From Eledone cirrhosa (taxonomy: Eukaryota), in assembly GCA_964016885.1 (NCBI GenBank), contig OZ024740.1:307706001-307770000 (forward strand): a stretch of 64,000 bases of DNA, read 5' to 3'. Of this stretch, positions 49,090 to 63,315 are shown piece by piece. Each line of letters begins with the position of its first letter. Within the stretch, counting starts at the first letter, position 1. The notes below the pieces were generated by a model. It saw only the letters and a list, made by a program, of their open reading frames with translations, was not told where the DNA came from and did no database searches. The translations under genes were made by a program, and so were the position numbers.

Positions 49090-49974
49090 TTATACTTTCA
49101 CTCGTGTAGGACACCTCGGTTATTTTTAATTCTGTAAAAAAAAAAACCTCACTTTCTAAATAATATATATATATATGCTAGCGTGGAAGAACGGACGTAA
49201 AATGGTGATGATGATGATGATGATATATAAACACACACATACACATAAATAAGCTAAGATTTTAAAAATATATAAATAATAGGTTGCAGTTGATATTTTA
49301 TCTGGAATCATTGTTTATTTACTTGTGTGCTTTTAGTGATACCTAATTTTTTGAACCTGGGAAATCGGTGTATATTTTTAAATAATTCTTCTATGATAGC
49401 TTTGCAAATGATTGTAAAACAGTTTCTACCTTGTAAGATTTATCCAACAAATAATGAAGCAGCAAAAAGTATCTTGAAAAACCTAAATTGAAGTTAATGT
49501 ATATAATGTAGTTCATAATCTAAAAGAAAACTGTTTATGCAGGCTTTGGAAGGACAGCTTCAAAAATGAAAAGAAATACTTCTGAATACATACTGTGTAG
49601 TTGGTGAACTCAGATAGCAACAAACTGGTAAGCACATTTGGAAACAGGGAGTTTCTTTATAAGATGAAGGTTGCTTTAAAAAAAAATAATAAAAAAAAAA
49701 TATATTCAAACTTTTATGACAACTGTCTATAATTATATAAAACAAGTCTCCATATTGAAAATGCTTACACATTTTAGAGGATAAGTAATGTAAGGAATCA
49801 AATTCGAAATTTGATGCAATATATATAATGCAGATTATATTTTAAATAATTTGGAAAGGATGTGGAGGTATGGATTTGGTGATATTTAATATTAGAAACA
49901 GAAAACAGAACTTCTGATTCAGAATAAGAATTAATATTTAGTTATTTGTGAGAAAGATTAAAACATGCAATATA

Positions 49975-51225
49975 GAGGATTTCCATGCTGGCATAAATTA
50001 GATGGGTCTTCTCCAGAAATCAGACTTCACCACTTCACCACAGGTCCCTTTAATTTGGGTTGTTTGGCACTTCTTCACCCAACTGTCAATTTTTATATGT
50101 ATCACCCAAGCAGTCTTCTCTCTCTTTGCTTTTATGCTATGTAGTTCTTGCTCGCAGATAATACATAACCAGTGGAGCATACTTGACTAATTTCTTTTCA
50201 GCCAATGCACATCCTCCACATTCAGTGCTCAAGGCTTGCTACCATGTAATATTGCATTTTGTATATAAACCTCACACAATCTGCTCTTCACTTAGAGTGA
50301 CAGACTCTTTATTACCAACAGAGTTCTCTGAACCTTTCCCTGTGTCCTTACTTTGGCTACTACACTTTAACAACACCAACTGCCACTGCTGATTAGGTCA
50401 TCTAGATGATAGAAGCTGTCTGTTACTTCTAGTATGTCTTCTTTCAATAGTAATTTTACTGCTAACTACTCCTGTGCAATCCTCCTTTTCTATCAGCTGG
50501 CCTAATATCCCTGAACCAGTTTATATTAGGTGCACAATATAGAATTCATACCCATGCCTTTTTTTGCATATCAAGGATGGTCACTTCCCAGATGGCAATA
50601 GAGTTCTGTATTCATTCCTGCTAACTAAAAATCTTGTCTTTTCTACATCAATTTTTTTTCTTTTCAATTTTAAGCTTCACTTCTACATTTAGAATGTTTC
50701 TTGTACTTCTTCAACTAATTCAGCTATGGGAGCTAGTTCATCATTGTAGAGGGATTTCCATGGACAGTCAACATTAAATTCCTCTGTTATAGTTTGAAGA
50801 ACTATAATAAATAGCAGAGACTGATGAGCAAACTGTGATGGACATCTAGCTACAAGCTAAATCCTTCACTTAACATGTTGCTAACATTCATATTATTTAC
50901 AGTGCCCTTCATGGCATTCACAAGTCATTCCTTAATCCCTAGAGCATGCTGTCCAATCAAAATCTTGTCTAAGCCAATGAATGCTAGGTATTATGGCTTG
51001 TTCTTGGCTATAAACTTCTGTAGTTGTCCCAATAAAATGAGAGCATCAGTGATTCCTTGCCCTGGCACAAACCCAGACTACATTTTATCTGAAGGGAATT
51101 TCTTCTTAATTAGTTACACTATTACTCTTTCTACCTACCCCTTTCATGATTTAGGCATCTGTAATTGCTCTATTTTACCCTTATGGTAGTTGACAATAAT
51201 GATACTACGTCAATCATTGAGGATG
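49975..51225 (-). mobile_element. Older RTE-clade LINE 3' part, inverted
   Basis: Minus-strand GFVPGQGITDAL, EEFNVDCPW, LLPSGK*P and SWVKKCQ motifs plus tail CCAGCATGGAAA. Confidence 0.75.
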
Positions 51226-51229
51226 GTTG

Positions 51230-51385
51230 GTGAGTTGTCCGCTCAATGGAACAGCTTGCTTGAGAAATTAACATGTAAATGGGGGAGCATTTCACAGACA
51301 CGTGCATCCTTAATGTAATACTCAGGGAAATTCAACGTGATACAGTATGTGACACAGTTGGTCCTTTGAATTATAGGTACAGTTC
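51230..51385. mobile_element. SINE body fragment (abundant octopod-type SINE)
   Basis: GAAATTAACATG..GAGCATTTCACAGACACGTGCATCCTTAATGTAATACTCAGGGAAATTCA matches my recollection of a common Octopus SINE; not verifiable within the window. Confidence 0.45.
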
Positions 51386-54300
51386 CATAAGTCTGATTGT
51401 GGCTTGCAGCAAATTGTCCTGAAGGAATGCCCAGTTATCTTTCATATATTTGATTACAACGTCTTCTTTCTCATCATAGGTGTCTTTCAGCTTCGATATT
51501 TTCTTTCACTAGTTTGTCTTCTGTCCCCGAGTTCATCGAACTCTTATCCCGAATTTACTAATCACTAGTCTATGTGATGTGGCTCATTCTTTGCAAGAGA
51601 GAGGCTTGGTATTTATAACCTGTTGTCTATCCTGTTTCCTTGCGAGTATAAAAACTACAAATATTTACATTTTTGAGAGAAAATTGACAGCAAATTTATG
51701 AGTAAAAAGATGTGTATAGAATCTTGGCATTCCTTGTTAACTTTTAAATTTGTTAATTTGAGAAAAACAAAAAACAGAATGGGAAGTAGAGGTGACTGAA
51801 CATAATTTTTAATGTAAATTGTTGTAGCTTAATAGATGGGGAAAGACACAGGAAGTTAGTATAAAATTGCAGCTTGAAAGAAAATGCATTGAACCAAATG
51901 TATTGCACATGGTTTTGAAAGTAAGACATATTAAATGTGATGTGGAGACGAGTGACTGGTGCTGAAAACGTGAATTAACAGAAGATACAACTTCATGATG
52001 GGTTATTGATCAATGATGAGTGAAACTTTATCTACTAGGCAGAAAATCTGTGTGTGGTAGGTAAGGTTTATTTGTGTGTGTTTGTGCATACAAATAGGTA
52101 TACACAGTGCTCCTGATATGTGACTAGTGCCCTGGTGTATTGTGCTTTATAAACTTTGTAATTTTGTCTTGTTTATATGAAGAATACATAATCTATAAAA
52201 AATATCAAGTATTTGCAAGGAATGTAAAAGTGTGTATATTGATAGAATACATGCAGTGAATGTCTCAATGTTGTTATTGAATAATTTTCATCACCTCTGG
52301 CACTAAGTAAGTTAATTAAAAATCCAAGACAGCCAGAAATGCTAGGTTTCAGTTTGATCTGGGACCACATAATATATTTCTTTATATATTTAATATATTT
52401 CTGTTATTTTGCAAAAATTTGTTATATGATTAAAGTCTCAGAAGGTGGGTGCAGCAGAGATAGCATGTACTCAGTTGCTAGGCAACCTCCTTAATTTCCA
52501 GTATTTAATAAAAGTGTTAACCAAGTTTCGACTTTCAACCCAGTGAGACAATTGATACTGCAACTATTTTGGTGTGCATGTGTATTTAGTTGAATAAATT
52601 AAAGTCGGAAAAGTTTAAGATGGTGTTTAGTAACATTCTAATGAGCTGTATGTTTTTCAAGATGTTAAGGTTGGGATGGCTGAACATATTTTAGGATGTT
52701 TGAGGGTACTTAGATGGGATCTGGGTTGGGTTTCTGTTTTAAATATCCACAAGTTTAGATAGCTAATGCAGTTTAACTCAGGTCAGTCCAAATCAGGCAG
52801 ACCCATGATCAAAACCATTTCTGTCATGGCCATTCTGTAACTTTTTTCAGAGACAATGTATTTAGTGTTACCTTCTCTTTTTTACCCAGTAGATGTAGAT
52901 TTAGGGACATTTGACTGCTATTTCTAACATTTCGAGTGAACATGTAAAGGCTCCTTTGTTTACGTGGAGTTTTGGTGTGTTGTAATATGTGTGAGGATTG
53001 TTTCCGTGCTTTATACATAATATGAATTTGAAAGCTATATTTTCAAAACTAAGAAAGCAAAATATTGTAGTATATTCAAGAAGAGGACTGAAATGTTAAA
53101 TTAAGGGATAAAAATAGATGATAGCAATCAAATCTGAAATAACTTAAGTATCTAAATAAAACATTTATAAGAAAGAAGAACGTTTTGAAGTGAATGAATT
53201 AATACAGAGATAAGCAATATTGAATACAAGGCCATAATTTAAGATCATTAAACTTTTCTGTTATGACAGTGTTCAGACAAATAGAATTAAAACATTTATC
53301 TTAGAACACAGTTCAAGCCACAATACTGACCTAAACCAAAATCAGAATCAATTGGTTATTCACAGATACAAAAATTCATGATTGTGGTTATAATATTACA
53401 GAGGCATTGCATCAAAAATAAAAGATAGTACTATCACTAACAAATCTTTTAATAAAAATAACTTGAAAATAGGGATACCACACACAATTATGGAAATAAG
53501 TAAATACTTCTTGAGAACAACTGTTTTACCACACTGAAATAATCTGAACAATGGCTGTGTAATATTTATTTCAAATATATTTCTATCTGCCTAAATAATA
53601 TTCAACACAACAGTTGATACAATGGATATGAAAAGTATAGGTGGAATATATATCATGAATATCTACATCACTGATTTTCTTTAGTTTTGAAGGACATTAG
53701 ATGTTACTGTTTAGCACCAAGTTAGTCCCTATCGAGCAGACCTATGATTAAAGATGTTTCACCTTCTTGTATATCTAGGACTAAATTATGTATTGTGACC
53801 TTCATTAAAAAAAGTTAAGGTGTGGTTTAAAAGAAATTTAGTTGCTGTTTCTAGCACATCTCTGGTTAGAAGGAGACAGTTTATATATATGGCAGTGAAA
53901 TCTTGAACTGGAATCTATGTTAAGTCAATTTTCAAATATAAGATCAACAATAAAGGGGGTTAAATCAGTGGGTCTCCTGATATGGGGTATATAGAACCAA
54001 CATATAGATAATCATATCTCAAATACTGGTTTAAATGTTATCAGAATGATATGGAAAGGAAAATCCATAAGAAAATTTACAATAGCTATTAAGACAGAAA
54101 TTGATGAATAAATACTTATTTCAGGTAAATTTGTTGCAAAGAACAAAACATATTAACTTATCTTATTTTACAAATAAAGTAAAAGTCTACCAACTTCTAA
54201 AGGGGGATCATCATTAAAAATGTTTTATAATAAATAAAGTCCTTGCCACCAAAAAGTCAAATCCATTGGATATTCCACTGATTCTATGTGATAGTCAATA

Positions 54301-57172
54301 TTCTAGCTATTACCATAAATCTCTGCTACCCACTTCAGGAAACACAACAAACAAATGCACACAAAAATATTAGTATCATCCCTGCCAAACACTCTGTTGG
54401 GAAGCACACCATTAATGATAAGTGAAGGGAAGCAGGAACTATTGTGCTCTGACACAGCCTTCTTGCTTTCCTCTGCTGTGACCACCAGCAGAATTTACAG
54501 ATATACAGAAAAAAAGCTGAACAGTGGGGAGACTACAACATGTCAGTCCACAATACTGCATCCTATATGATCAACTACTGCATACTAAAATGTAGTACAC
54601 TCTGCGAAGTGGACATCCAACCATAGAAAAACTGTCAAACAAATGTTCAGGAGACTCTACAACTGTGTTAAAGACATGGCAACCGCCTAAGAGGTGGTGC
54701 CACAATAACATTCACTCAGTAAAGCATGGGATATGAGATGGAGGCCCCTAGCCTGTCTGAGCACTTGGTGCAGGAACATATGTAAACAAGATGCAGTCCC
54801 CCAGCACATCTGAGAGAACAGTAGTTCCATTTCAGTACTGACTCAGTCTGTAACAACCTGTCCAACCCTTGCTAGTAGGGAAACCGGATGTTAAATGATG
54901 ATGGTTTTCAGCAAAAGAAGAGGCATAGTATGTTAAGAGCAATGGATCTATGGATGATAAATAGTTGGTCTACCAACTAACTATATGCATACATATACTT
55001 GAAGCTGACCTGGAACTACACTACAATAACTTTATGCATGTACTTCCGTGCAGATACCAGTCAACAATTTGTCCACAGTTACTTTTATCAATGACAAATT
55101 TTATCATGTTTTCCAATGGGTAACTAACTAATTGTTAATATTTAATAACTTTAAAATTCACGTTTAATTGTAGGAGAGGCATCCCGATGTCATAACAACT
55201 TCTCTCCCTACAAAACTATACACTATATAATAGCACAGAAAAATAAATTTAAAACCATAAAAAAAAAGAACATCAACTACACACTCCTGTTTTTCAGAAA
55301 TGGTTCTCAACTACATGATAAATGTTAGGATTGCATGATTCCAAAGAATTCTCCTGGAGGTTTCATATTCTAAAACTATGTCGAGATATAACCTATTTAG
55401 GGCCAAGAAATATTTAAATCCTAGGAGGTTGTTGTTGTTTCACTTAAGCATTCTTTAATGTTTACTAAAGAAAAGATGTTGACTGTGGTTTATAGGTGAG
55501 TGTATAATATACTGTCAAAATTAAGACATAGCGTTGTACAACTTTGATAAGTCAGTCAACCAAATGAAATAAAAGTAGAAACATTACTCATTGCATAGCT
55601 GAATGGTTAGCATTAAGATGGCCAGCCATCCATAAAATACATTGCTCAATAATCTATGTAAATATCTAAATCTGAAAAACATACAATCCAAACTAACATG
55701 GGAAAATGGCTGTAAAACATTTTTAAGAATCTCTAATAGGTTCTTAAAAACATTCATGTTCAAATTTTGTGTGTTTTATTTAATCAAATAATCTTTTCTA
55801 CTGTTATACTTTATTATTTTAAAATAGAATGTTTTTTTAAAGTAAAATATCCCGTAGACTAAATAATTAGCAGAAATGTTTTTATGTTTAGATGACGTAA
55901 GATTCAAACTAATTAGGAAAGTTTTAAGGTCTTCTGTTTGAAATTGTTTTAATAAAAAATTAAATTTTATACTGACTTGAATTAGAACTATATTTGACAT
56001 TAGCAAATGAGACATCTCTGAATATTATAACTAGTTATGAAGCATAATTAATAATTGTTAATTATGATTGTGACATGTCAACTTTTAAATGATCATGCAT
56101 TAGAAATAAGCTTCTTTTTTCTTAGATTCATTGAGATGAAATATATTTGTAAATGTCAATTTAAAACAAGTATTTCATCTTTTAGGCATGTTTTATAAAA
56201 TATACTACTTGTGATTTGTCCTTGCAATAAAGCCGTAACATTTCAGTTTTACTGCAAGAGTTGGCTCCCTGGGTTTCACGTAAATATTCAACCGACAACA
56301 TATTTATTCAAAATATGTTTATAGCTGGACACCTTTCCCACTGTTTGCCATTGAAAACATTGAAAACTAAATAAAATACATTTTCAAAAAACTTCTAGAT
56401 TACACTAAAGACTAAAAGTTTGGATTAAATTAACATTTCATCCAACTTTCCTACTTTCATCTGTGCCAATTATTTAGCTATTTATGTTAATTACCACGCC
56501 CACCCCCACCAAACAATAAAAAGAACATCCACGGATATCTAAATTGTCATCTATCTTTCTCCAGAATTATGAAATGATGTTTAGAAACAAAGGGACATGG
56601 TACTGTTCTGTTCTGAAACCTAAACTATATTACAAAATTAATGGGGTCATAAAGAACTTACTGAAAGGTTACAAAACAAATCTGGAATTAAATTTAGAAG
56701 ACAGTAGAAAATACCATCTTAGTACAGAACAGTTGAATGGGTTGATATGTTATATAACAGTGAAAATAGTTATAATATTCTCTAGCAGGTGTGAGTGTAT
56801 TGAAGATATTTAAATCAAAGAAATTACTTCAGTTTTGAAAAGAAAAAAAGAAAACTTAAATGGTTGCTTGAAAATGAACTATTATTTATTATCTGTATGA
56901 AATATTTTGTGATATGTAAGTTGAGTGACATCATACAATAACTGTTTTTTTTTTTTAAATATTAAAAGATAGTTCTCCGATGTATTTGTGAAAAGTGAAG
57001 TCATGTATAGCAGTGACTCATGGAAGATAAAAGGCTGTAGAAGAATGACATACCACTGAGTATGCAAATTTGGGAAATACACTAAACTTAACTAACTTAC
57101 AAAAAAATGTCCATGGGAACTAAAAGATATTTACATAAAAAAATTTCTAGTGATTCCACACACATACATGTG

Positions 57173-57204
<32 letters not shown>

Positions 57205-60200
57205 TATATACATGCACTATTATGATAGCAAGTCAACTGCTTGATCATTTAGTACAGAGATGCTCAGCAACAGGTGATTAGAGCTACTGATGTGAAAGGG
57301 TGCAGATGATGGAGAATGGAGATTGTGATGTCAATAAATTTCCTAAGAGAACTAGTCCAGTAAATAAAATATCTAGACCCATTCAGACTCGATTCACCAG
57401 ACATACAACTTACTCCATGGTCACTCAGCATATAAAAAATGTGTATGTATGTGTGAGGTATGGATGGATAATGAGGCATGAGGAAGTTATAAAAATTAGT
57501 GGTGGAAAGTTTTTGATGAGAAGGAAAAACTTGAAAAATGTTAATATTAAGAGAAGAAGAAAGTTGAGGCTAACAAACAGAAAAAGAACAGCTGTAGAGA
57601 GGAAAATATCAAAATGAATATATCAAGGAATGAAAGACAAGACAACTATCAACTGGTACTAAGTGTAAGGAAAATAACAAAAGTGTTTTTAAGAATACAA
57701 TTTCCAAAGTTAATATAATAAATAGAAGTAGATGTTAAGAAGTTAAACTACTGATCAAAAGTTCTTGAGTTCAAGCCTTACTAGACACATAGCTCTACTT
57801 ATATTGCTCTTCCTAGCTGCTAAAATAGCTACCACACTTGCATAACAAAATTCTGGCTATAAAAACACTCCCTTTAATAAAATACAAATGTCTATATTTG
57901 CAAGAAATAAATAATCCCACTCATAGCAATATGAAAACAAAAATAATGTTGATGTTAACAGAAATAAAAATACTTTGAAACCATTGAAATATCTGCATAT
58001 GTCTGCATGTATCTAAACAGTTGCACGAGGCAGCAGTGTGGGATATCATTAGTGTTCTCTAATCTATTGTTACATAATATAAGTGCAATTCATTTGTGTT
58101 TATATTTTTTCATTGTTAGTTTTATTAACAATTTTTGTCATCAATAATTTTATCTATTTCCTTCCCTATATAAAACAGTTAACATCAAGAATATCTAATT
58201 ATAAACATTTTCATTCTACTTGCACATGGTTCATACAGAAAACGTTGACACACCTTAGAAAAGGATAATCCAAGCAAAAACCATTAACAGCAAGTATAGA
58301 AAAAACAAATATTAATTGAAATAATAAAACTAATAACCATTTCATGATATTGCTTGTCTTATATAACCGTATACTTGAAGAAATCAACCTATCAAGGTTT
58401 ACATAAAATTTACTTCGTCTGCTAGTTATATAACTAGCTGTTTGTTAAGACTCTAAATAATGAAATACTGGCCTTGTGTAAATGTTACTTATATTTCATC
58501 TTGAATGAGGAATTATTTGAAATCAATTTCAAATTTAAAACCATTTCTTCTACTTTTACAGACACACATAGATGCATTAGTAAAAAAAAAAAGTTCATGT
58601 ATGGAAAATATGTATGAAAAATAAATTTTGTTTTAGACCTTATCTACAATAAATTACTTATGAGTGTAAATAAAAACTGATTTGTTAGCAACTCTCAGTA
58701 ACATTGTCAACAAAATCTACTAATGACTAACTTTCTCATGGCTACTATATGCCTGATGTTTTCTTTTCATCTAATATATTTTTTACTAGCACAAAAAATG
58801 GAATTAGTTCAATAAATTTACTTCTAAGATGCATCGAAGTGGGTTTTTTTTTTAACTCTAAAGTTTTAAAGTCATATAAGAAATATTTAATTACTTTTTT
58901 ATAACTTACTGTATAATTGAGGTAATTTTTTTAATGTTCCAATAGAATGCTTCCAGTTGTAACTGTAGTTAATCTGATGATAAAAAGTTACTGAATTAAA
59001 AAATAAATTTCAAAAAATAATGTAATAGTCACTTTATTTCAAACATATCAAAAAACAGCTGGCTCTGTTTACTAAACCTTCAACTTAATTTAAATGTACT
59101 TTTAATTTTCATAAAATATCAACTCTCTTTTAGTATATTATTAATGTCTGTTAAAATGTTGATCAGTAAATTCTTTCCATGTAATGTTGTGAAAGCATTC
59201 AGACACAAGTAGCATAAACTAAATCACAACCAACAGCAATAAGAAACTTAATAATCAGCTGACTGCTGGACAACTGAGAATACTTTTTAGCTACCAGTAA
59301 ACAAAGCACAGAATTTTCTTAGCAGAGAAACTTTTTGTGCAGATAAAACAGTGACATATCCGAAACCAACTAAAACTCCCCAAATATATAGCACTAATTA
59401 AATAATCAGCATATTTTAAACTAGTATGTATATCATTAGTAAGCAAAAGATGAATTTGGAAAGTTTAGAAAATATCCGGTCAAATAACATTGTATCAAAA
59501 ACATTTCTGGTTTATACACTCCCACATTATCATGTTTAGAGGTAAATAAGGTAGCACTCCTAAAATACTTAAATTAAGAGAAGATTCTTTGTAAAAGGAC
59601 AATTTAAAATAAAAAATGAAAGTGTTAGATTATTATCATTATACTACTACTAATAATAATACTGTAAGTGGTTGTATGGATCTAAAAGTATTTTGTTCAA
59701 AGCAAATTGTTCTATCTAAATTACAAATATACATGAAATTATGAAATACTAGCAGGTGAACAAGTTATTTCTTATCAGAAATGCAATAAGATTTTTTTTT
59801 TTAAATTAATAATTTGAATTCCTTTTTCCCTTTGGTTTTGAAGTAAGTATTTGGATGTGTGGAGAGGGGAGAGAGAGAGAGAGCCTTCAAATTAGTAATT
59901 GTTAAGTCACAGCATCAGATAATTACAGGAAGTAAGTAGAACAGACACGTGTGCATGTGTTACAGTTTCTTCATCTCCTATTCTTCATCTATACCAGCAC
60001 CTTAAAGATAACACTGATAGTGGCCCACACGCATTTAAAAAAAAATAAGACCAGCACATTGGAAACGTGTAGATATCGTTCTCATAAATATATAGGCTAA
60101 AAACTTTTCAATGTACATTACAACAACCTAGTTGAGAGGGAGTTATGAGAAAACCAGCTTTTTTGTAGCTTAGTTTCCAAAGTGGAACTATATATTTAAA

Positions 60201-60576
60201 GTAGACTACAAATAACTGTTTTAGTGGAATGTCAGCATGAGAGATGACATGTTATAGAAAAAAGTAAATTAAAGAATGTAAAAAAAACGTATTGGGAACC
60301 AAGAGACCGAGCGAAATATAAACATTTTATTGATGTTAGGAATACTGAAGGTGGTGAAAGGAGGAAGAAAAAAGTAGATAACAACATTAACAACAGAGTT
60401 TACTGAGTAACATTCAGTGACAAAATCGTCAGAAAGTTTATATATATATATATATAGAGAGAGAGAGACATGCACACATACACAGCCATTCTCAATTCTT
60501 TTTAAAAAATCAATAAAAAAAGGAAACAATACATTAAGAAAGAAAGTTAATAATTTGTTGCTTAGTGTTTACTTAC

Positions 60577-60615
60577 CCCTCAACTAATATAACTTGAATA
60601 TAGGGTTGAGATTTA
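60577..60615 (-). other. Candidate 39-nt symmetric microexon of an unidentified host gene
   Basis: Minus: ...TCATATTTTACAG|TAAATCTCAACCCTATATTCAAGTTATATTAGTTGAGGG|GTAAGTAAA; only one frame open (KSQPYIQVILVEG). Confidence 0.3.
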
Positions 60616-60890
60616 CTGTAAAATATGATTGATAATGAAATTATTCAGGATTTTTTTTCTTAGTGTGTTGATCAGGACTACTTATTGCCTTGCTTTGCAA
60701 TGAAAGGTTTGCAGCTGGGCAGAAGGCAAGTGAATAAGCATTGTTAAGTTGCTCAGTCAGGTTAATATGTTTCCTCCGTGAGCAGGGCAGAAACTGTGAT
60801 GATGCAGCAGAGACTCTAACTGCTGCTACTGCTGTATGTATAGACTTGTTGTTGACAGTAGTGTTGCTGCACACATAAAGCAATTTCTTT

Positions 60891-60939
60891 TTAACCATGC
60901 AAGCAGCAACAGCTACTGTTGCTGCTGCTGCATGGTTAA
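60891..60939. repeat. 22-bp-stem hairpin in a CAG/CTG-rich island
   Basis: TTAACCATGCAAGCAGCAACAG-CTA-CTGTTGCTGCTGCTGCATGGTTAA; 2-nt bulge. Confidence 0.85.
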
Positions 60940-61696
60940 TTATGCGGTTATCTGTACTCTTACTGGGTGGCTTGCATTCATTTAGGCAACCAAACATCCA
61001 GCCCATCCCCAGCTAGCTATCCTGCTTGCCTGCCTGCCCACTCCACCACTGCTACTGACAGGTCAGGTGCACTTTAACAATTCCTGCAGAAAGTAGGCCA
61101 TTGGCTTGTTAATGCAGTTGAAAGCAAGGAGTGTGTTCAGCGAGATCAACAGTTAAAAATGAGTGAGCAGTACGATTGCATAGCTAATTCTGTGCAGTGC
61201 AAACTGATTCTAGGCCAACAAGGTGAATGAGGGAGTGTTACAGTCTTTCCAAAATCAAGTACTAATATATGTAGAGGACATTTTTTAAAAATTTTGTCAT
61301 GTTATTTGCTGGTCAATGTGTAAAACAAACTATGAACATACAACTGTTGATACATTGCAGTTAATGAACAGCTGTTAGATTAAATGTTGTGTCACTTTCT
61401 ACATTCCACTAACACATTGTAAACACACTGATCATAAGATTAAATTAGTCTGTGTAAATGTATGACTATTCATTACAGTAGATAGTAAAGAACAATATTT
61501 TAATGACTAATTATTTATGTTAGTTAAAGTATTACACACTGAATTACAAAACTAAAAGTACACACACACAAGCGTGCACATACACACTCACAAACACGTC
61601 CCTTCCTTCATGACGCACATCATGAGAAAGAAAATATTCCTAAAAATACTAAAAATGTAATTGTTTACATTTAATTTTCTCTTTGCTGCCATAAAC

Positions 61697-61752
<56 letters not shown>

Positions 61753-61869
61753 GCTTTTAAAGTATAAATTTGTTGATTTGTTGATAACTAAATAACTACT
61801 CCGATAGCCCAATAAATATTATTTCTTAAAAATTACATACAGTGATAGAAAAAACAGTCTCACTACATA

Positions 61870-62390
61870 AGGCGCTATTTATTTGTATAACCGGCAGAAA
61901 TAAAAAGTAAAGTGAAACCTGATAAAGTTGAACTCGAAACGGAGATTTACCAAACGAATTTAAAGTATTCATTACTTCTCAAAATGACAAAAGTCATTAT
62001 AGCGGAGGAGTACAGGTGATTGATTTTACCCCTTAGGTTGGTATTTACTTATTTTATCAACCTTGGGGGATGAAGGGCCAAATTGAATATGATGGAATTT
62101 GAACATAGACTTTTGAGAGATAAATAGTGCTGGGTAATCTAACACGCTTACAATTTCTGCTACTGCACTCACTTCCTTATAGTAATTATATATATATATT
62201 AATATAGGTACAAGGGTTGATTGTGGTGGTGGGGGCATTGTTAATTAAATCGATCCCAGTAATTTAGCCGGTACTTTGGAAGAATCAAAGAGAAGAATGA
62301 ACCGAGATGGGATTTAAACTGCGGACGGAAAGTGACATAACTAAAAACACAGCGAGGCATTTGGCCCAGCACTTGACTATCCGTTGTCTT
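61870..62390 (-). mobile_element. Cluster of about three degenerate SINEs of the 18836 family
   Basis: TTTTATCAACCTTGGGGGATGAAGGGCCAAATTGAA...GGAATTTGAAC is the reverse complement of the SINE core and B-box; weaker copies at ~61875-61960 and ~62245-62385. Confidence 0.55.
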
Positions 62391-63315
62391 AACAACAACA
62401 ACGATAATTTAATAATATAACAATAACGGGAACAATAATAACAATGAACTAACTTACTTTTAGAATGTTAAAAAAACAACAAAAACATATCAGTATTTTA
62501 CAAAATGAAAAAAAAAGCGAGATAAAAGGCATGAAGAATATTAACAAAAAAAAAGAAAAGAAAAGTAATTTAAATGGATTCATACAATATTTCTAACTAC
62601 ATAGTAATTAAATAACTATATAACAAATATTAACAAATTTTCCTCAGGAGTACCTGACTGACAGTTCACTCCCTTTAATTTAAGGACTTACGTAACTTAC
62701 GAGCACATTATCTACTAAGGACAATTTTATTGATGCAATAAATTACAAATTTATAATCTTCATTTCAACTACATATCAAATTTCAAACTGCATGCATCTA
62801 CAGAATACTATTTCCTCTGCCATGTGCATGTGTGTACTAACTCATGTACGTTTGTGTTTTTGTGGGTGGGGTATAAAACATGCAGCAGTAGAGTAAGAAT
62901 CTAATCCATCCTATTATTAACTAACCTCTGTTTATATATAAAAATATACCATCAATATTCCATGTTCTTATGAACAAACAGAATTGAAAAGGAAAGGGCA
63001 GTGCCCATGACATTGCTTAGAATGTCTCAAGCAGGCAGCAAGGAGAGGAGGGAGGTGTTCTCAAACCAGAGAACTGGTTTGTATATTTGCAAGAGTGGAC
63101 ACTGTAAAGGTATGCAATGGCCAGGTGGTAGTGGTTTTAAAGCAGACAGCAGATTCAGTCTACTACCCGAGGTTAAACTTTTTTATATTAACCTGCCCCA
63201 AACCACCTGGTTCTATGAAACAAAACCACTTATTTTAAAGGGTTCCCATTAAAATTAAAATCTTTCAACATAATTTTATATAAGAACCATTCGTTAAAAT
63301 AATAACTTAATAACA

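Noticed and set aside
60641-61006. 121-aa minus-strand ORF as a protein
   Set aside because: The Ala-rich content comes from CAG/GCA repeats and a hairpin; no recognisable domain.
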